Shown piece by piece: positions 58,701 through 64,000 of a stretch of 64,000 bases of DNA. The first letter of the stretch is position 1. Each line of letters opens with the position of its first letter. The position numbers and the translations under genes are program-made. The stretch is from a virus: IMG/VR virus record IMGVR_UViG_3300019124_000038, positions 64,001 to 128,000 of that record, one strand, 5' to 3'. The notes beneath the pieces are model-generated. The model was given only the letters and a program-made list of their open reading frames with translations. It was not told the origin of the DNA and made no database searches.

Positions 58701-59507
58701 TAATTATCGCTCCTTTCGAGCTTGATCGCCTTTTCGAGCAGACTGAGCGAAAATGATAGTGCGTACTTCCCATGCTTCGGCAACAGCCGCAACAGCGTCA
58801 ATCTCTCTCATATTAAGCGGGAAGTCAAGGACGAACATATCATACTTTTTGCTCATCATATCCCGTAGGATATTTTGAAGGTTGCACTCTACGTAGTACA
58901 CTGTACCGAATAAAGACATATCAGCGTTGTTTCGATGGAAACTTGCCCCACCAGAAATTCCTTCAGTCGCAAGAAGAGCCTTCCCGCCTACCTTAGCTAC
59001 TGCTTCTGCTTCTTCCCGCGCCATCGTCGTTTTTCCTGTTTTTAAGTTGCGGGTAATCACCTTCGAATACTTTTTGTTCATTCCCAATCTCTCCTCTTAT
59101 GTTTGTTCTCGTTAGCGTCGATTTTTTCACGCTTAGACTTGGTACGCTTCGGTAACGGAATCGGCGGCTTTCGTTCTTTTACGATCTGTCCAATGCGCTT
59201 ACGTTTCTTTCGAGTCAACACAGCAACCCTCCAACTAGCTTCATCTCGTAGATATGGCAGTATCCGTCAATCGCTCTTGTCTGAGGATCAATGATCGCAA
59301 CAACATCACGCTTGCTCACAGTCAGTTGCCCCATGCCATACACGTAAATAGAGCTGAACTGAGAGTCACCGAATGGCCTATTCACATCCAGCAGTTCTTC
59401 AAAGTTATTAACAAGGTAGGACTTATTACCAACTCGGAAGACCACTTTCTTGATGCTCCACCAGTCGTCGCTTCTCATGGTTCGCAATCTCCTTGTCTTA
59501 TATCTGT

Positions 59508-59536
59508 ATTATAGCACGTATGAGTCTAGCAGACAA
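59508..59536 (-). promoter_or_regulatory. sigma-A type promoter overlapping a terminator-like hairpin
   Basis: TTGTCT-N17-TATAAT; CTAGCAGA...TCTGCTAG hairpin. Confidence 0.75.
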
Positions 59537-59565
59537 GCATTTTTGCCTATCTGCTAGAGTCGTTT

Positions 59566-60504
59566 TTATACGGTTGCGGCTACAGCACGAGACTCGTTCA
59601 GCCTATCGTACATGTTGGCGATAGCATCCTCTCCGATCAGCGGCGGAGTAAAGCCAAGGCCAATTGTCTGACAAAAACGGTCAGCCGCTTGCTCAGGGGT
59701 TGTCGCACGATACATGCGACGGATTGCACTGTTGATATCGCCAATATCTGTGTTCTTAACATACTCAACGATCTTGTACGCCATCAGCGCAAAGGTTTGA
59801 ATTTGTTCAAGATTTTCGACACAGTTGAACAGTCTGAACTCAACAGTCGGATAGCTCGAACCAAATACGTTCATCCAATGGTATTTCGAGTTGTTGGCTC
59901 GTGGAAATCCGTTCTGCCCGAACCAATAAGGGAGGTCGTTATAGGGATCATTGTTCGCTTGCTCCCAATCGACGGTTGAGAATCGGCTGGAGCGATGGAA
60001 AACGCGCCGCCATGCTTCATCGAGACTACGACAGTAGCTGTTGCCAAGGCGATAGTTGCGAACGAACATGAAGATGATTCGCTCAATGCCCTTCCCGAAA
60101 CGCAAGAGCTTTGCCTTCTCTTCCATCGTGAAGTCGCTGATATCTACATGTACGTGAGTACCAGCTTCTTCGCCCGTATGCCAGCCAACTTCCTGCATCT
60201 TACTCCAGATTCCCACCAGATCATTAAGATCGCGAATCGGCTCACAAAGAGTCAGCTCTACGCCAAAGCTCGAACTACGCTCACGCCAAGTACAATCGCA
60301 GGAGTATTCGTCACAGGAGTAACAGAAGCCGTCATCATCATCGTCATCACTATCGTCTGCCCAATCACCGTTACGCAGAGAGCCATCATAGTCATTGTAG
60401 ACGTTGGGGATAGAGAAATTTTTCGGGTTTGTTTCAGTATAGCCTTCCATTTCGATGCCGATTTGTCGATTAAGGTTAGAGATCGTTTCTACGGCTAATG
60501 GCAC
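59566..60504 (-). CDS. putative amidoligase (COOH-NH2 ligase) family protein
   Basis: IGIEMEG, DGSL, GVEL, GTHVHV, TVEFRLF. Confidence 0.85.
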   Translation of the reverse strand: MPLAVETISNLNRQIGIEMEGYTETNPKNFSIPNVYNDYDGSLRNGDWADDSDDDDDDGFCYSCDEYSCDCTWRERSSSFGVELTLCEPIRDLNDLVGIWSKMQEVGWHTGEEAGTHVHVDISDFTMEEKAKLLRFGKGIERIIFMFVRNYRLGNSYCRSLDEAWRRVFHRSSRFSTVDWEQANNDPYNDLPYWFGQNGFPRANNSKYHWMNVFGSSYPTVEFRLFNCVENLEQIQTFALMAYKIVEYVKNTDIGDINSAIRRMYRATTPEQAADRFCQTIGLGFTPPLIGEDAIANMYDRLNESRAVAATV

Positions 60505-60535
60505 TTGTGATTCCTCCTTGTTATCTTATGTTTAT

Positions 60536-60564
60536 ATTATAGAAGATTGGTAGAAAAGAGTCAA
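60536..60564 (-). promoter_or_regulatory. sigma-A type promoter
   Basis: TTGACT-N17-TATAAT on the minus strand. Confidence 0.85.
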
Positions 60565-60869
60565 GGAAAGATCGCCGCTAAATTTCCTCCCACGGTAGTA
60601 GCTCAGTCCCTTCCAAAAGAAGGACATTCGATTTCGGTAGTGCTGTTACATGCAGGATACGGATAAACCAGCCACTAAGATTTAATATTGCGCCCTCGGA
60701 TAGCATGTCCATAACTTGTTCAGCATCATTTGTAAATTCGAACCGTTGGTAGTTCATCAATCCGTCATGGTAGACGTAAAGAACTGCCCTATCTAGTTTC
60801 ATTGTGAATTCTCCTTATAGTCAGATATTTGACGATAAAAAAGAGGGAGGGGAGTATTACACCCCGTCC

Positions 60870-61712
60870 CTACATGTTTTCACGGATTTGCTGGTTGAAC
60901 GCCGCGATTGCTTCTTCAATATACTTGGTTTGGCTGTAGCCCATCAGCTCTGCATATGCCATCATTTCGTCTTTGACCGACTTCGAGATCGCCGTGTTGA
61001 TCTGTGCTTTTTCGACAGCAGACGTTTGTTCCTCTGATTCTACGGGAAGCGGCTCACCGATTTCAAAGAGCGTGTCGTTCAGTTGCTTGACTTCGCCCTC
61101 ACGCTTGATGAGCAACATGCGCCATTTCGGAGAGGATAGTGCGCCAAGCACGTCTTCCACGTCAGATTTTCGAATGACGATATGCGGTGCGGTGATGACG
61201 TAGTATTCGCCGTTAGTCTCTAGCGTTGCATTCGGCGTTGCGTTCTTAATACGATCAGCCAACGAGCGCATCTGGCGGCCATCAGCGAAAGTCTTTTTCA
61301 GCGAAAGGGCTACGTGGTTAGTGGGCATGATCGTTACTCCTTCGATGGGAGATTGGGGAATATCGGTCGAATGTTGCTGTCCAGTCTGCGTATTGGCTGG
61401 CAGTTGTTCGGTTGCGGCAGACGCGTCTGCTAGCGGTGTCGTGGTTTCAGTATTGGCGGAAGCGGATGATTCGTTGTTTTGCTCTTCGGTAGCGGTTGCC
61501 GCCGCTTCTTGCAGACCTTGAATGTGCTGTTCTTGGAAGGTGTCGTCGTTACCGATTGCCTGAGCTACGTGAGCAAGAGTTTGAGTTTGCACTTGTTGAG
61601 TTTGGGATTGTTCTTGGTTCATGTTGTTGACCTCCACGTTGTTGTTGGTGTTGCGACGGTTGCTACCACCACGGCGGTTGTTACGAGCTTCTTGTTGTTC
61701 TTGACGCGGCAT
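60870..61712 (-). CDS. protein with disordered N/Q/T-rich N-terminus and C-terminal ribbon-helix-helix
   Basis: RNNRRGGSNRR, Q/T-rich linker; INTAISKSVKDEM..YA...G.SQTKYIEEAI. Confidence 0.7.
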   Translation of the reverse strand: MPRQEQQEARNNRRGGSNRRNTNNNVEVNNMNQEQSQTQQVQTQTLAHVAQAIGNDDTFQEQHIQGLQEAAATATEEQNNESSASANTETTTPLADASAATEQLPANTQTGQQHSTDIPQSPIEGVTIMPTNHVALSLKKTFADGRQMRSLADRIKNATPNATLETNGEYYVITAPHIVIRKSDVEDVLGALSSPKWRMLLIKREGEVKQLNDTLFEIGEPLPVESEEQTSAVEKAQINTAISKSVKDEMMAYAELMGYSQTKYIEEAIAAFNQQIRENM

Positions 61713-62031
61713 TATTCATGCACCCCTTAGTTGAGTTTTTGTTGTTCCCTCTCTTCTTGGTTATAGTATAGTCGATCTCTACCCGTTTGATACCTACATG
61801 TTGAATATTTTTTTCTACAGTACGGTGAGCGATACTCTACGGTGGAGACCATTCGCGTCAACGTAGTAGAAGTAGTTCTTATCCCACCAAGCTGTGCTCG
61901 CTGGAGGATACTCCCACCATTCTGTCTTGAACCAAAGAAATCCAGAGATGCGGCGAAACTTCCGTGGCTCGATCTCTTCTCCCAACAGATCGCGCACTTC
62001 AATGCCGTCATATAGGCATAGATATGAGCCA

Positions 62032-62685
62032 TCAATCCATACGCGAACTCCTTCCATGCTCTTCACCCTTTCGCATTCCTTCATTATATGCGTCGCGATT
62101 GCCATTGACATACATCTTGGGTACAGCGTAGCTCAGATTCATTTTTGCAATCTCAGCAGTAACGAGAGGATGTAAGCCAATCGCCAATGCCCAATCATTC
62201 TGCTGGACTTGCTCTTGGTATTTCCGCGCCAACTCTTCAATAAAACCGTCGCGCCAATCATTCTTAATGCGTTCCATTGGACGGCGGGAAAGCGGGTCAA
62301 GTGATTCGAAGTACAAACGTAGCTCCCGTTCCATTGTAGCACATGTTTGGCGGAATACCTCAACAGCAAGTTCTACATCATTCTGTAGTCCAAGGAAAAT
62401 CAGACGGCTTCTTCCTGCCATAGTGACCGTATAGGCAAAACAACGGAAGTTTGTGGAGATGACTTTTGCCAAAGGTCGCACCCACGAAGGCATACGCCCA
62501 CTTCTGAACACTTCTATCTTTACAACCGACTCGGGCTTTTGCTCTAAGTCTTCTGCATTGATCGAATATTCGACCATAAGGCTTTGAGCTTTTAGAAGGG
62601 CGGCTTTGCTTTCATAAGAGTTACCGTTCCCATTAGCCAAGGCAAACAGGAGACGTACTTTTTCTATAACCTTCTGCTTGTCCAC
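62032..62685 (-). CDS. DUF2786 domain protein
   Basis: KVIEKVRLLFALA...E..AA..KAQ.LM..Y; F.G...DVE.A. Confidence 0.8.
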   Translation of the reverse strand: MDKQKVIEKVRLLFALANGNGNSYESKAALLKAQSLMVEYSINAEDLEQKPESVVKIEVFRSGRMPSWVRPLAKVISTNFRCFAYTVTMAGRSRLIFLGLQNDVELAVEVFRQTCATMERELRLYFESLDPLSRRPMERIKNDWRDGFIEELARKYQEQVQQNDWALAIGLHPLVTAEIAKMNLSYAVPKMYVNGNRDAYNEGMRKGEEHGRSSRMD

Positions 62686-62903
62686 TCTCTCTCCTCCATA
62701 CAGAGTCTTATCAGTTCATTTTAAGCAAACCATCAATTGCCCAAACAATGAGGGTAGACATCAAAACAACTGAGCATAGCATCAAAAGACAACCAAGAGA
62801 TCGCCATTTGTTAATGCGACGCATGTATAGCTCTCCTCCTTTCTGGATATAAGATACTTACATTATACCCACAAGGGAAGGGAGCTATCCTCCCCCCTAT
62901 CTG

Positions 62904-63338
62904 TTAGTCATTGAAGTAGCGAAACTCAGGAATGTTGATTCCAAGCACTCCAATCGCAAGCGTCTCACGAAGCGGAATATATCCTTTGAGAGCGTTCACG
63001 TCACCATCAGCGATTGCGGCTTGGTATGCATCCATCTCGGCTTTGCTCGGCTTATCGAGACCAGCGACTTGCTTGAGAAGCAGAACAGCTTTCTTCTCGG
63101 TATCGGTCATTGCTCGAACTTCGAGAGCGGAGATAGTGGCTTCATCAGCCTTATCAGGGCTTTCTCCCTCACGATAGTCTTCATCAATTTCATTGAAAGC
63201 CGTTGCGAGTTCTTGCCGAAACTGCTCAGAGCTGAAACCGAGAGATCGAGCGTGTGCGTTCGGGTCGGGAGACTCACAGCCCACCATCACCGTTGCCGCC
63301 ACGATTGCCGCTACTGTCAGACCGATTGCTTTTTTCAT
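62904..63338 (-). CDS. lipoprotein
   Basis: MKK...VMVGC lipobox; own promoter upstream. Confidence 0.75.
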   Translation of the reverse strand: MKKAIGLTVAAIVAATVMVGCESPDPNAHARSLGFSSEQFRQELATAFNEIDEDYREGESPDKADEATISALEVRAMTDTEKKAVLLLKQVAGLDKPSKAEMDAYQAAIADGDVNALKGYIPLRETLAIGVLGINIPEFRYFND

Positions 63339-63372
63339 TGTTTGTTTCCCCCTTGGGTTATGTTATGGTTAT

Positions 63373-63401
63373 ATTATAACACTACTTACACAACTTAGCA
63401 A
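63373..63401 (-). promoter_or_regulatory. sigma-A type promoter
   Basis: TTGCTA-N17-TATAAT with TG extension. Confidence 0.7.
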
Positions 63402-64000
63402 CTATTATTTTTCCCTGACCCTGAAAGTATTTGTTCCATGAAAGACAGGTCGGTAATGCCCCTCGTCATAGCAGTCTTGTGGCTTAACCCATTCTTCTTG
63501 GGCATCCAGCTTGACCTTTTCGCCATCTACCAACTCATAGCCCTTAGATGCAATATCGGCAAGGATGAGTTGCATGATTTCTTCTGTAGTATAGTTTGCT
63601 TCGATGACGCGCTTGAACGCCATTCTGCTTCCCTCCGCTCTACTTTGCGTTAAATGTGATCTTACAGTTTCCTAACACGAATGGTAGACGGTGAACGCTC
63701 CAATAACTTCACGTCGATTCCGTCTACCTCTGTTACTTGAAAGGTTCGGGCACTCCCGTCTGTTTGCTCTGATGAGATAAAGTTTCCCCGCATCAATTTC
63801 AGCGGGGATTGAATCATCCCAATCAGATCAGTACGGTAGGTGTAATGGCGCGTTTGCCCCATTAGTGTGCTACCTCCTTAGAGTCTTCCTTTCGACCATT
63901 AGCTACTTCCACCAGAGCACGGAGGGCATGGAGCAGAGCTTCCATGTGGTAGCGCATGGTGTAGATGTGATCGTCATACTCAGGGTACATTCGAACAGCA

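Overview
This 64 kb window looks like part of a large phage or phage-plasmid of a spore-forming Bacillales host (canonical sigma-A promoters, GGAGG RBSs). No capsid, terminase or tail genes are in view, and no tRNA, rRNA or CRISPR array was seen. The + strand arm (1-50976) carries replication and recombination genes (primase, SSB, DnaE, Cas4/RecB-like nuclease, ERF, RusA), a sigma factor, dNTP metabolism (thyA, DHFR, nrdIEF, NrdH), an MTase and homing endonucleases. It also carries two GT4 glycosyltransferases with a nucleotidyltransferase, a Prs-like + Nampt-like pair (NARP1-type NAD+ reconstitution), ParM/ParR, a reduced VirB2/B6/B3/B4/D4 module and a Replic_Relax relaxase. The - strand arm (51173-64000) carries NadR, PnuC, a macrodomain, a phosphohexomutase, a Toprim protein, an amidoligase and small lipoproteins. 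The best candidate for an undescribed system is the operon at 21852-25041. It encodes a fibre-like protein whose C-terminal half has 21 aromatic-x-D/N motifs (mostly HxD and YxD), 20 of them in exact mirror-symmetric spacing around a Cys-containing turn, followed by a radical SAM/SPASM enzyme and a Cys/His-rich partner. A second candidate is the minimal T4SS + ParM operon, which lacks a wall hydrolase and sits behind a sigma-E-like promoter. All family assignments come from motif recognition by eye; no searches were run.
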